A stretch of 64,000 bases of DNA from Elsinoe ampelina (Eukaryota): contig ML992504.1 of the NCBI GenBank assembly GCA_010093995.1, positions 1,725,394 to 1,789,393 of the forward strand. Direction: 5' to 3'. Positions 37,084 through 49,861 of the stretch are shown here, in pieces. Made by a program: the position numbers and the translations under genes. Within the stretch, counting starts at the first letter, position 1. Every line of letters starts with the position of its first letter. The notes beneath the pieces were generated by a model. It was not told the origin of the DNA. It was given only the letters and a program-made list of their open reading frames with translations, and ran no database searches.

Positions 37084-39906
37084 GGGCCTGTAAAGTCTTT
37101 ACTCCTTATTCGATAAGTTACTTCTCCTAAACGCTTAATAAGGTAGCTTAACATTAAGTTTGACAATTGGCGCTAGTTTAAGCTTATTTAAGCTAGTATT
37201 AGAGCTACAGAGGCGGTAAAGCTACTTAGCCAGTAATACTTTATTTAGGAGAGGCCTTTATTAAAGGTAGTAGTAGTTAGATATAGAGCTTATAATCTAT
37301 TAATTTGTTTATTAATTAGTAAGGCTCCTCTATAGATAATAGCATAGAGATTAATATGCTAGCTAATGCTACTATTTACCTTACTATAGTTGTCCTCCTC
37401 TAGCTATATAATTACTACTAAAAGTAGTAGCCCCCCCCTAGTACTACCTCTTTAATATACTAGATAAATTAATATAGAGGCGTTGATTTCCTTAACGCTA
37501 TACTAGACTATCTAAAGTACCTCTACTAGTTCTTAAGGTGCTACTAGTTAATGTTTAATACTTTCCTTTAGTACCTCGAGGGAGGTAAAAGAGCGCTATT
37601 AACTAGAGGTATAATATTTAAGGCCTGTTACTATCTTCTTATCTTTCTCTATATTGTTATAGCTAGCTTATTATATTATTAAATAGCAGTGCTAGTAAAG
37701 TACTTACTATAGTAGATTAGAGACATATTTTATTTAGTTATTAATAGCTTATATAGCCTCTATTTAAGAGAGATAAAGCTAGTAACTAAAGCGGAGAATA
37801 TACCTATCTAGTTTTATTAAAATTATAAATTCTAGCCTTATCTTAAAGGCTATATTAGAGCGCTTAATAGATTATATATTCTAGTCTATATAACTAGAGA
37901 GCTATTAGCTTAGAGGAATTATAAAGGTACGTTATCTTAGAATATACTAGTAGTAGTAAATTTTAATATACGCTTTACCTTTATCTTAGCTAGATAGAAG
38001 GGGTCTATATATAACTCTAAGGTACTAAATTTAGCTCGAACCTAAGGCTTTAAAATACCTAAAGGTTATTATTATCTAGTAGATACTAGTTATAGTAATA
38101 GAAGTAACATTCTTATGCCTTACTAAGGTATATAATACTACCTTTATAAATAGCTAGTAGGAGAAGCCTTAGACGCCTTATAAGCTCTTTAATCTCTATT
38201 ACTCGTAGGTACGAAATATAGTAGAACGAACATTTAGTATCTTTAAGGCTCGATTTAAAGTCTTAAAGTATACTAATTACTATCTAGATATATATACGTA
38301 GGTAAAATTAGTATATATACTTACTACTCTTTATAACTTCTTACTTAATTACTAGAGGCTTAACCTTATTATAGTAGAGGCTATAGACAATTCGAGTGCT
38401 AGAGATAAATTAACTAAAGGCTAGCTACCGATAGTTACTTTAGAAGACGCTACTATAGTAAAGAAAAGAGAGTTACTAGCTAAAAGAATATAGAGGGATT
38501 ATTAAGAAGTACTAGATATAAGAAGGAGTACTACTAAATAATAGTCTAAAAGAGGTAATTTATATATAACTATTTATCTTTACTATAATAGAAGAGTTTT
38601 TGTTAGTATATCTCGTAGTAAAAGCCTTCTCTATTAGCGTATAGAGAAGTAATAAATTTTGCTTATCTATAAGCTAACTCTTACTATAAATCTCTTTCTT
38701 CTTTACCTCCTCTACCTCCTTTACCTCCTTTACGCTACTATCGCTATACTTTATAAAGCTATAACGATAGTATACTAATCTATAAGGCTACTATCTCTAC
38801 CCTTATATTCTCTATTATAGTATTAAAAGAATCTATACTTAAGTTAAGCTAGAGTATAACTCGAGTAATAAGGGCTAGTAGTAAGAAGAAGAACTTAGCT
38901 ACTAGCTTATTAGTAGCAATAGTAATAGTAGTTAGTTTAGTAGTTAGCTTATTCCTTGTTATTATTATAAATCTAATTATATATAGTTACTTAGTAAGAT
39001 TCTTATAGATAGTATTAATCTTTAACTTCTTCTTCCTCTTCTAACTCGCTTCTTTAGAGGAGTTACTTAGCCTTATACTTAGTACCTATAGCGCTAGCTA
39101 CGACGTAGCCTACGAGATTAACTTCTCCTTATTCTTATCTATCTCCTCGGTAGTATAAGCGCTATCTCTAACTAGTAGATCGAGGCTAATTACAAAGTTA
39201 CTAGTAGTAGTAGTATTAGCCTAGAGTTTGTTATACTTAGCCTCGAATTTAAACACCTTATTATAGTACTTCTAAGTACGCTTATAAGCCTTATAGTACT
39301 CCTCTATAGTCTTATAACTAGTAATAGAAATGCCTCTCTAGTCCGTTAACTAGCTACTCTAGCTCTTTAACGCCTTCTAAGTAAACTACTCTAGCTTTAA
39401 ATTCGATAGCTTATTATCTACCTATTTAGGTAAGATAATTAGAGCGTTTACTAAAGTAGTAACTACTTTAGTAGCGTCTCTAAAGGCTTTAGCCTTCTAT
39501 CTACTCTACGCTTGTTTACTACTCTTCTTTATCCTCTAGAACACTACTAGCGTAGTAAGTACTATCTTATTTATCTATTAAATAACTAGCTCTTTCTTTA
39601 GTAGAGTTATAGACGCTATAGAAGCCTATAAAGAGTTAGAGGCTATAATTAAGATAGTATAGAAGGATAACTAAGAACGCTTAAGGAGGTAGAGTTACTT
39701 AATTCTTAGTAGTAGAATCCTCCTTATTACTAAATAAGTACCTCTAAGCCTATATTAGCACTAATATACGCTAGATAGCCTTAACCGCTGCTAGCTAGCA
39801 ACTAGCTACATTAGCGCTGCTAATTCTCCTTACTGGACTTCACGGCAGTTACTTATCGCCAAGAAGAAGTAACTTATCGAATAAGGAGCAAAGACTTCAC
39901 AGGCCC
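37084..39906. mobile_element. Complete RIP-inactivated PIF/Harbinger DNA transposon
   Basis: 42-bp TIRs starting GGGCCTGT (two TG>TA mismatches) and a TAA TSD on both sides. Plus-strand transposase relic (GCIGALDG-, AGWEGSAHD-, YYLxDAGY-, LFNLRHS..RNxVERTFG..KARF-like after de-RIP). A convergent minus-strand Myb/SANT-like ORF relic lies at ~38570-39560. Confidence 0.93.
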
Positions 39907-40722
39907 TAATAAGACCGCAAAACAACTGTGATCAGCGAGGTGTCTGGACTTTTGATGGCGCATCTCACCAGATCGACCCCGCGACTGGCTGATTTACAAA
40001 GGCCCGTGAGCTCTTTTTTCTGCCGTCTTTATCGCGTCATGCCGGGGCCCTTCTGCCACAAAAATCCACACTACTGGCCGAGCTCGGGGTATCAAAGTGT
40101 GCTGTTCTTTTGCCTGTTGCAGATTTCTGGAGACGAAAATGCAGCCACGGCCCAGATCGGCATCAAGACGACCCGTGCGAATGGACGGATCGACGACCAA
40201 AACACGGCCGTCGGCGATCTTTTGAGCCATGGGCATGGGAGAGTCGTCTTTTCAACACGCACTTCACCACCTCTTTACCGCTGATCACCGTATTTTTCTC
40301 ATCTTTGCTCCCTTCGCCGCGTGCAGCGTCCCTCGTCTCAGACGCGCGCCACCTGTGGTCCTGTTGCCATCTCACCACTGCTCTGCTCCTCGCTGGAACG
40401 ACCGGATCTCTGATCCTTCGTCGTGAATCTCTGCATGAGAAGGCGCAAACCACCCCGGACCCGTTACACGTAGCTGCCATTCCTGCATCATCCATCTGCC
40501 ACGAGCTCTTGACAGCTTCGATCTTCCTTTTCATCTCTTTCCCATCTTCAGTCTTTTGCGTTCTGAGCATCTCCAGCGTTTCTATTCGACTCCTAATTAT
40601 CACAGGAGACCTACAAGTATCACAAGTATAGCTTGACACTCACTCCAATACCTCGCACCTATTCTTCTACGACCCGAAGCGACCGCCTATACCACTCGGA
40701 GGCAGAACAGAACTCCGCCAAC

Positions 40723-42004
40723 ATGAACGTCGCACCGCCTTCTGGAGGGCTGCATTTGCCTTTTGTTAAGACGAAACCTCATGCTACCGAACGCCGACTT
40801 CGAGGGTTTGAATGGCTTCCTAACAAGGTCCGAAATCATTTCATCGCCATGCTGGGCGAGTTCTGTGGCACGTTTCTCTTCCTCTTCTTCGCCTTTTCAG
40901 CCACTCAAGTCGCCAATGCCAGTTCAGTCGGAGCCGATACAGGAGATAGTGGCTCGCTTAGTCAAGCACCCAATGCCTCTGCTTTGCTCTACATCAGTCT
41001 GGCTTTTGGCTTCTCGCTGGCAGTCAACGCCTGGGTTTTCTTCAGAATCAGTGGTGGTCTCTTCAATCCTGCAGTAAGTTCCGCTATCTACTTACACTCG
41101 CACGGCACCTAACATTGACCAGGTCACCCTCGGCATGTGCCTCATCGGAGCCGTCAAGTGGTCAAGAGGTGGTTTGATCTTCATATCGCAGATTCTTGGT
41201 GCAATGTGCTCGGCAGCTGTGGTATCGGCACTCTTCCCCGGCGACCTCAATGTCTCGACAACCCTTGGTGGGGGTACTAGCCTTGCACAGGGTGTGTTCA
41301 TTGAGATGTTCTTGACAGCCATGCTGCTCTTCACAATTTTCATGTTGGCTGCGGAGAAGCACAAGGGTACATTCCTTGCTCCGGTCGGTATTGGGCTCGC
41401 CTTGTTCATTGCAGAACTGTCAGGTAGGAAGGACCCGAACCCCTGGCCCGGCTTCATCACTGACATTATCCCAGGTGTCTTCTTCACTGGCGGCTCCCTC
41501 AACCCTGCTCGGTCCTTTGGACCATGCGTCGTGCTTAGGAATTTCCCCGACGAACACTGGATCTACTGGCTGGGTCCAGCACTGGGCGCATGTCTGGCAG
41601 TCGCCATCTACCGTTTGATCAAGACACTCGAGTACGAGACTGCCAATCCTGGTCAGGACTTTAACGAGAAGGAAGCAGAGGTCTTTCAGCCTGACGACAA
41701 CCCCGTAACGGCAGCCGATGTCGCACGACCTACAGTCGTGATAGGAAACCCCGACTATGTCGCTGATCAACGAGGTGTTAGGAGTTCTCGGGACCTTGAG
41801 GGACAGCGACTTGGTAGCTCTGGGTCGTCAACAGTCTCACCTGTAACTTCTCGTAATCCTCCTCGAGTCGATGGCGCATCGACTGACCAGCGTCCGACAG
41901 CGCCTGTCCCTGCCAGAAAACCTACACCAAGCGATCGATTTCAAGCCGCTACCGAGGTAGAAGAAGGAACAATGGGAGGAAATTACAAAGTCTCTGGCCT
42001 GTGA
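40723..42004 (+). CDS. Aquaporin (MIP family, classical water-channel type)
   Basis: GEFCGTFLFLFF, ISGGLFNPA, TGGSLNPARSFGP and HWIYWLGP motifs. Introns 41074-41122 and 41424-41474. Confidence 0.95.
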
Positions 42005-43479
42005 TTAGCCACAGCAAGGAGGTCTTGAGGCACGATTTGTATTATTTGTCTATATATCAATGCACCTGAGAAACCGTTGACATTTACCGGGCATGTAGAC
42101 TTGGAAGACTGCCTCGTGCATAGTCAACTCCGCACACCCGCATCATCCTTGTACCCGACATGACAGTATCTGCGGCTCTACCCATGCTTGGTCCGGCGTC
42201 ACGAGAGGGATATTGCGATGCGACTCACGCTCGTTCGGGGAGAATTAAGCAAAACGAGCGGCTCGACGTTGCGAGCATTGCTCAATGAGTTTCTATTGTC
42301 TGACCTCAACGGCGACTTTGCCGCAGCATTGTTCTGCGGCCTCTAACAAGTTACTCTCAGCCAATTCAAGATACAGCATACCTGCTGCTCTCGACCTGTC
42401 CAACTTATCTTGGAGCCCCCGAGTCAGCTTCACTCTCGCCGGGCTTCATCGAGGAATCCATCTAAGGCAGGGCAAGATCCTGTTTCCGTCCTAAATATAC
42501 ACCTCCCTCCAGGGCTTTGAACTCTCGACGCTGAAGTGGAAGTTTATGCAGAGGCAGACCAAAAATAAGCTTTCGGATCATCCTGTCCGTGTGGTCCTCA
42601 CCGTCAAACCACGGCACCGTTGTGCCTCGCACCCGTGACTCTGGGTTGCCGATTACCGGACGGTTATCAGGCAGGAGAACAACGTCAGAACGTTCACATG
42701 CATCTGGAGCAAGCAGGAGCGGGGATGTAGTAGTCCGCTGATCAACCATGGGGACGATGCAATCTACTCTGACAGCAAATATCAATCGGACAGGTCTCGG
42801 TCCTCAACGTAATATCGAACCCAAGATCCTCAACCAGCTCGATCCCAGCATGGTCGAATAGAGCCCTCAATCTCGGACCACCATCGTCCAAATAGTGCAA
42901 AGCTGCACTTCGGATATATCCTAGAAGTAGGATCACTTACAGTCATTGGTGTCATGAGACAAGCGCGTCCAATACATTTACATACTTACACTGGAACCCC
43001 AAGTTCTCGCAACAACGACTCTCACCCCAGTCGTGCCTCGTCGGTAGAACTAAAGCCAATCTAGACTCGCACATCTACGGTGCTACCTCACTTCGGCATC
43101 GGACCGACCTCCATGCGTTGTACCGTCTGGACTACGAGCCGCGCAACTTCAGACGACTGTTGTTAGCAACCACGCATGGGGCTGACCCCGTAAGAGGATG
43201 CTCAGGTACCGCAGGTAGAAGTTTAAGCCCACTACTAGCACGCCATTGTATGGCTCTCCTACCTGTTTCCCGTGGTTCCCGACATGCCTAACCGAAGTCT
43301 ATAACCACGTGGTAGTGAACCGGGCGCGACTAATTGCAGATCCCTGGAATAATAACCCTGCAGGTCCTCTACCACGAACCCTGTTTCCGAGCCAAGTATA
43401 AACATACGCCATGTCCACATGGTTCCGGGTTTGATCTCTGTGCCTCCCCTATACAGTATTCCGACAGACCGAGTCAAGA

Positions 43480-44673
43480 ATGGCCCTTGATCTTGCAGTA
43501 CAGATACCAACCCTCATTGGCAGCTGCTTGTCCTGTGCTGCTACCAGTCTGGTACTTGTCCTCTACATTGTCAGATGGAGCGAGTGGCGCAGCTTTCGAC
43601 ACAATCTCGTGCTCAACTTGACCTTGGCTGGTAAGCAATTTCCTTCTGTAGCTACTAGGACCATCTAACCTGCTCATAGAGTGGATCAACTCGGCCAACA
43701 ACTCCATATCCGGCATCATCACATTCGTCCGCGGCTCTCATCTAGTACACTCTCCAGGATGCACTGCGAACGGGTTCATCGGCCAATTGTCCGTCCAGGT
43801 ATGAGAGGTCGGAATCCTTTACCTCGATTTCTTACTAATGATACCAGGCTGCCGATTTTGGTATCCTCTCCATAGCACTCTCCACAGCCATGGTCGTGAC
43901 GCGCACCAAGCGAGTCCGTGACTACAGCACCTTGACCAGATTCGCCATTTGCGGATTTGTGTGGGTGATCCCGACCATTACTGGTAAGTCAAGTGTATCC
44001 GCGTCTCGCAATACAAAGGCTGACGGTTGCCATAGCCATCATCGCCCTCGCTTCCAACTCACTTGGTCCGGTGTCGGGCAACTGGTGCTGGATTCAAGCC
44101 TCGCGAACAGACCTTCGATACGGCCTCACCCACGGCTGGCGCTTTGCCATCATCATTATCACTCTCTGCCTCTACGGATACGTATTCATCATGCTCAAGA
44201 AGCACTTTGACAAGATGAGCGACCTCATGTATGGAAAGAGCAGTACCGAAGGAGGCACCAGAAAGTCAAAGAGCGCACATACCGCCAATATGGCAACCGT
44301 CAACGAGGATGAGATTGGACTTACAGGACCAGAAGCTGAGGGTCACGAGATGGGCGAGATCAAGAAGCAGACTACGGTCACGGTATCAGTCGATGAACAC
44401 CAGCCTGCGAAAGTCAAAGTCATCCAGCGTGGTCCACAGGGAGTCAAGGGCCGCGCTACTGGCCACGATGTTGCTCGCATCATGATTCTCAAGGCTTACC
44501 CTCTCGGCTACATCATCCTCTGGATTCCAGGTATCATCAATCGTCTGATTGAAGCTTCCGGTCACAGTTCAAGAGTCTTTGCCATTGCGCAGGCTAGTAC
44601 ACAATACATCGGGTTCGTCAACTCGTTGACCTATGTTTTGCAAGCGGTGATCACGGAGAAGCTGAAGAAGTGA
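43480..44673 (+). CDS. Seven-transmembrane GPCR, Git3/cAMP-receptor-like
   Basis: Four exons: LVLNLTLA/EWINS, CTANGFIGQLSVQ/AADF, GNWCWI, RYGLTHGWRF, AYPLGYIILWIPG and GFVNSLTY. Confidence 0.85.
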
Positions 44674-45029
44674 TGAGCATGATGGGACGGCTGAGATGAG
44701 GGCGCACTGTATGATATTGATACCCGTGTAAGAATAGTCATCACAGCAAGTAGCACAGAATCGAAATAGTTTCCTTTGTCAATATCGATGTCCTGATGAA
44801 GAAGGGAAGATGCAATTCGGGAGGTTTTTGGTCCGCGAAGAACAGTCAAAGCGTTTGTGGGCGAGATCTGATCTGATCTGATCGAACCACAACGTCACCA
44901 CATCGCGTGCATTTGTTCGGGCCTGTCAGACTTTCTTTGGGCGTGGTAGTTGAGCACGAGTACATTCTCCACAGCCATGTTATAACACAAAATAGTCTAA
45001 CTCTTATCATCAAAGGTCTGGATTGAGCC

Positions 45030-47134
45030 ATGTTGCTCTCCACTGCCTCGACCTGTCGGCGGTCTTTGGCACGGAGCTCTCCCACCAAGCTCACATCTTC
45101 AGCCCGACCCCTCTCAAGCAGTAGAATATCGTCCTGCGTATACAGATCACAGCTGCAACCTTCATCCTCGAGACTCCTGCCCTCACGACTTCCACACAAG
45201 GTCCGCTTCAACTCCCAATTTCAGCCGCTCCGACCGCCCTCCCCCTCCTCCCTAGGCGCACCCACACCAGCAAAGACCTACCGACGCACTCGCCGCGTGC
45301 TACGACGCCTGGTACAAGCTTCTCTTCTCACTGCTCTATTGCTCGCGGTAGACACCTACTTCTACGATGCCTGCCTCACCCGCTCCCTGCGCACCTTCCG
45401 AGACGGTCTCATCACCGCCCTCGACTACAAGATCAACTTCCGCGAGAATCCTCCATTTGCTGACAGCCTCGGAGATGTACATCGAAGATCAGCCGAGAGA
45501 TTATTCCACTTGCTGAGAAGCAATGGTGGTCTCTACCTAAAGATCGGTCAGGCGATCGCCATGCAGTCCGCGATTCTACCACCAGAGTTTCAGAAAATGT
45601 TCGCAAGGATGTTCGACGATGCGCCGCAGAATGGCTGGGAAGATGTGGAAAAGGTGATAAGGGAGGACTTTGGCAAAGGTGCGGCTGAGGTGTTTGGAGT
45701 GGGCTTCGCGCTTGAGGATGAGGGTCAGGGGAAGGGCATAATGGAGAGAAAGGCAAGAGCCAGCGCGAGTGTTGCACAAGTACATTGGGCGAGACTGGCA
45801 GATGGTAGAGAGGTGGCGATAAAGGTGCAAAAGAGGGAGATTCGGAGACAAGTGGGCTGGGATCTCTGGGCATTCAAGGTGGTGGCTAAGATCTACACCT
45901 TTTGGTTCGACATCCCGCTGTACTCGCTTGTGCCGTACATTAGCGAGCGACTTCTGTTGGAGACGGACTTTCGGGAAGAGGCAAAGAATGCAGATCGCAT
46001 GAGGCAGCTGGTTCACAACGAACCTCGCCTGAAAGATCGAGTCTATATCCCCAAAGTCTACCACGAGTTGAGTAGCAAACGAATCATGACCGCCGAATGG
46101 ATCGAAGGCGTCCGTCTCTGGGACCGTGAAGCCATCACTGGTAAATGGCAAGGTGGATGGCGACAAGGCAGTCCCGGCGTTGGAGGCCAGATCCTCCCTC
46201 CCCCAACCGCTCAAGAACTCAATAACCTCCGCGCCGAAAACGACTCCTCCCATCTCAAACCACCACGCGACTCCTGGCGCGGCCCCGACGGGAAAGGCGG
46301 TCTCGGTCTCTCCTACAGCCCCGTAATGGAAACCATGGTCTCCCTCTTCTCCGCCCAAATGTTCCTCTGGGGCCTCGTCCACTGCGACCCCCACCCGGGC
46401 AACATTTTCATCCGACGCAAAGCCAACGGGCGCCCCGAACTCGTCCTCATCGACCACGGTCTCTACATCACCATGTCGGACAAGTTCCGCCAAGAATACG
46501 CCTCGTTCTGGAAAGCCCTCATGACCTTTGACAATTCGACCATCGGCCGCATCGTCAAGGGGTGGGGCATCAACTCGCCCGACCTCTTCGCCAGCGCGAC
46601 GCTCATGCGGCCGTACACGGGCGGCGACGGCAGCACGTCCGAGGAGATCCGGCAGATGAGCAAGAAGGAGGAACGCGAGCGGGCGTACGCCATGCAGATG
46701 CGGATGCGTCAAGGCGTGCGCGAGATCCTGGGGGACGAGAAGAAGTGGCCGCGGGAACTCATTTTCATCGGGCGCAATCTGCGGATCGTGCAGGGCAACA
46801 ACCAGTTTCTCGGCAGTCCGGTGAACAGGGTCAAGATTACGGGGGTGTGGGCTAGTCGGGCGTTGGCCGAGGAAAAGGGGCTGGGGGTGGCGGAGAGGGT
46901 GAGGTTGTATGCTAGTCATGTGGTGTTTAGGACGGTGTTGTTGGGGAGTGATCTGGTTTGGTGGTGGAGTCGGTTGAGGCAGTGGGTTGGGTGGGGGAGG
47001 GGGATGGATGATGATATTGAGCAGAGTATGAAGGCTATGGCCAAGGTGAGTCCGAGGTCGTGAAGGGTAGGAGCAATGCTAATATCCACTAGGGTTTCGG
47101 GATTGAGATGCAGCACGGCGTTTTCGAGGGTTGA
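45030..47134 (+). CDS. ABC1/UbiB-family atypical kinase, mitochondrial (ADCK1/Mcp2-like)
   Basis: Ser/Arg-rich presequence. Motifs GGLYLKIGQ, ASASVAQVH, VAIKVQ, HCDPHPGN and LIDHGLY. Intron 47046-47092 leads to GFGIEMQHGVFEG*. Confidence 0.93.
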
Positions 47135-47316
47135 GGAAAGGGAAGGGATGTATAGATATAGACTTGCCACCGGAGCGGGATGTAGATCCGCCTGGAAAGG
47201 GACTTGTATAGAATCCGCTCAACGATATCGATCTGGACGGTTGGTCCGATCATCTTCTCCAATCCTACCAGAAACACAGACTGGGGCCAGCTTACCAGGC
47301 TCTGATCCAACTCACA

Positions 47317-49311
47317 TCACCTCCCCTCCCAAACCACCAAATCCCCCTTATCCTCCCCCACCCCCTCCACATCCCTCAAATACCCCATCGCACACCCCTC
47401 GAACCTAATCTTCGGCTGCCTCCTGACGTAAAAATCATCATACCTCCTCCCCATGGCCTGCTCTAGACTCTTCACCCAGCCGTCAGGGTGGATCCGCCCC
47501 CAAGGATCGCGGCATGTCTGCGCCTTGCAGGTCTTGAGGACGAGGAGGAGCGTGTCGAGGCGGGATTGTAAGCGGAGACGGTAGGATGGGTTTCGGATGC
47601 GGTCGTTGCCTTGACTCTGTCCGGGATGAGGGCGGGGTCGGGGACGGGGGGAGAAGGAGTTTGCTTCTTCGTCTGCGGTTGCCGTCACGCTGGCACTGGC
47701 ACTGGCACTGGCACCGAGGGCGGCGGTGAAGTCTACGGCTAGGTTGTCCAGCTGTTGCGCGTCGGTGCGCATGTCGTAGAGTTCTCGCTCGTTGGTGCAC
47801 CATACTACGTAAGCGAGGTTGTACCGGCCGTCGGTGCTGATGAGGCGGAGCGATTTGTAGGTGTTGTTGTTGGTGCGGGAGAGGAGTTCGTCGGCGTAGT
47901 CGCCTTCGCCGAAGTTGGCGCCCCAGAATTCAACGTTGACGTGTTCGTGTTTGGTGAAGGTCATGTTGCTGGGACGGCGGGAGTGGTCGGGGTGAGGGTG
48001 AGGGTGGGTCGCTTCGCGTTGGTCCGCCCAGATGGGCATGGGGGAACCGTCGAATTCGGGGCGGGGTGGGATGCCGGCGATGTCGTAGAGGGTAGGGGCG
48101 ATGTCGACGTGGGAGGTGGGGTATTTGACCGTGACGTTCTTCGCGATGCCGGGTCCGCGGATGAAGAAGGGGATGTTAATGTCTTCTTCGATGGCGCAGG
48201 ATTTGCCTGCTGGTAGGCGGTGTTGGCCGATGTGGAAGCCATTGTCGGTGGTATAGATGATGTAGGTATTGTCGGCGATGCCAAGTGATTCAGTCTTTGC
48301 CACTACCAGATTGATGAGGTCGTCAACGGAAGCTAGACTTTGCAGCCGGACCCGGTAGAAGTCGTCATAGTAGTCAACCACGGTCTGATTCCACTGGCGA
48401 AGTGTCCGGAAGTAAGATGGGCCATCAGCGACATCAGGGTTGAAATTTGGCGTGCGAGGCACTATCACGCCGGGGTAGAGGTCCTTGTATTTATCCGAAG
48501 CGACGGGCGGGTTGAATTTGGCCGGTCCTCGAGGTTGACCTGGAATTGTTGGCGGGATCACAGTCTCGCCATGAGGTGCGATAGGAGCCACGGTCAGGAA
48601 GAAGGGGTTCTCGTACCCAACAGCTTCCTCCATAAAGTCTACGGCTTTTTGTGCCACAACGTCGGTAGAGTACTGTCCTGGTAGGTATCTCGGCGGATCC
48701 TGGTTGCTTTGCATGCTAGCATTGTTATAAATGTAGGTGTTCGGGTCGATCAGGACTATATCCTGTAAGTTTGCGGTCATGTGCTGGTAGTTTCAAGGTA
48801 CACTTACAATCAGTGCCATTGAATCCTTTAGGGAAAGGGTTGTTATAGTTGATGATCGAGTGATTGTTCATTAGCTTGCCTGTGTAGTAGGTGTTGTAAG
48901 ACTCTTGTTGGAACCATGACGGCAGCCATGCGCCATTCAGACCCTCTTGGACAAATTTGGGATAGCCACCTGGTCGTATTAGGATAATCTCGTGCATGTA
49001 CTGCTCGTACACTTACCAAACGGGAGGCGAACGTCGGTGACATTCGTATTGTGAGCATGCTTTCCGGTGAGTAGCGACACTCGCGAAGGGCAGCACACGG
49101 CGATTGTGCAGTAGTGCTTCTCAAAGTATGTTCCTTGTTCGCGGAACTGCTGGCGTACGGCCGGCTGGTAGTTCAATGATCCCAGTAGTGAGTCCTGGTC
49201 ATCCGTGATGATGAAGATGATATTCAGTCTCTTGCCATTGGGCCTGTCTGCTGCTACTACCACTTGGAGCAAGACAGCTACTAAGCTTGATAGAAGTAGG
49301 CGTGACCACAT
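47317..49311 (-). CDS. Secreted arylsulfatase (sulfatase family)
   Basis: Signal peptide MWSRLLLSS. Motifs NIIFIITDDQD, CCPSR (formylglycine motif), YTGKLMN and YTTDNGFHIGQH; two introns. Confidence 0.94.
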
Positions 49312-49861
49312 TGTGTCGTCGAAAGGACTTTGAACAGAAACAAACCTACCACATCGAGTCTGCAATGTCGAAATTCACCGTCACGCAATTCACCATTGAC
49401 GTCGTTGCTGCGATCTGCACTGCAGCTTGTGCTTCCGTGCGTGCAGGGCGAAGGAAAAAAGAAAGGGGGGGGGACCTGAGATAAACTACCAAACCAGTAC
49501 TAATGCAGGCAAGCCTGGTGGTTCAAGACCAATCATTGGTCGACATGGAGTTAGGAGCGGAGTGGTTCCTGGCGGAAATAGAAAAGGAACATGGGGCATT
49601 TCTAATCTCGCATCTTCATTTCTTGCCTGTAACAGCTTCGTTCACAGACAAGCCATTGATCCTGGTAGTATCTTCTCGGTGGGCAGCTAGATCTAAGTGT
49701 AGCCAGGATGGCCGTGTCGCGAAGCTTCCTCTTGCCTGCAGCCGGCGGAAACACGTGACGTCGCGTCATCCTGATGCCTGGGAACTCCTTCAACATCTCA
49801 CGTACTACCACACCACACGATCTCACGACTTGTCCGAGCTATCAAACCCTTTCCTGGTAGT

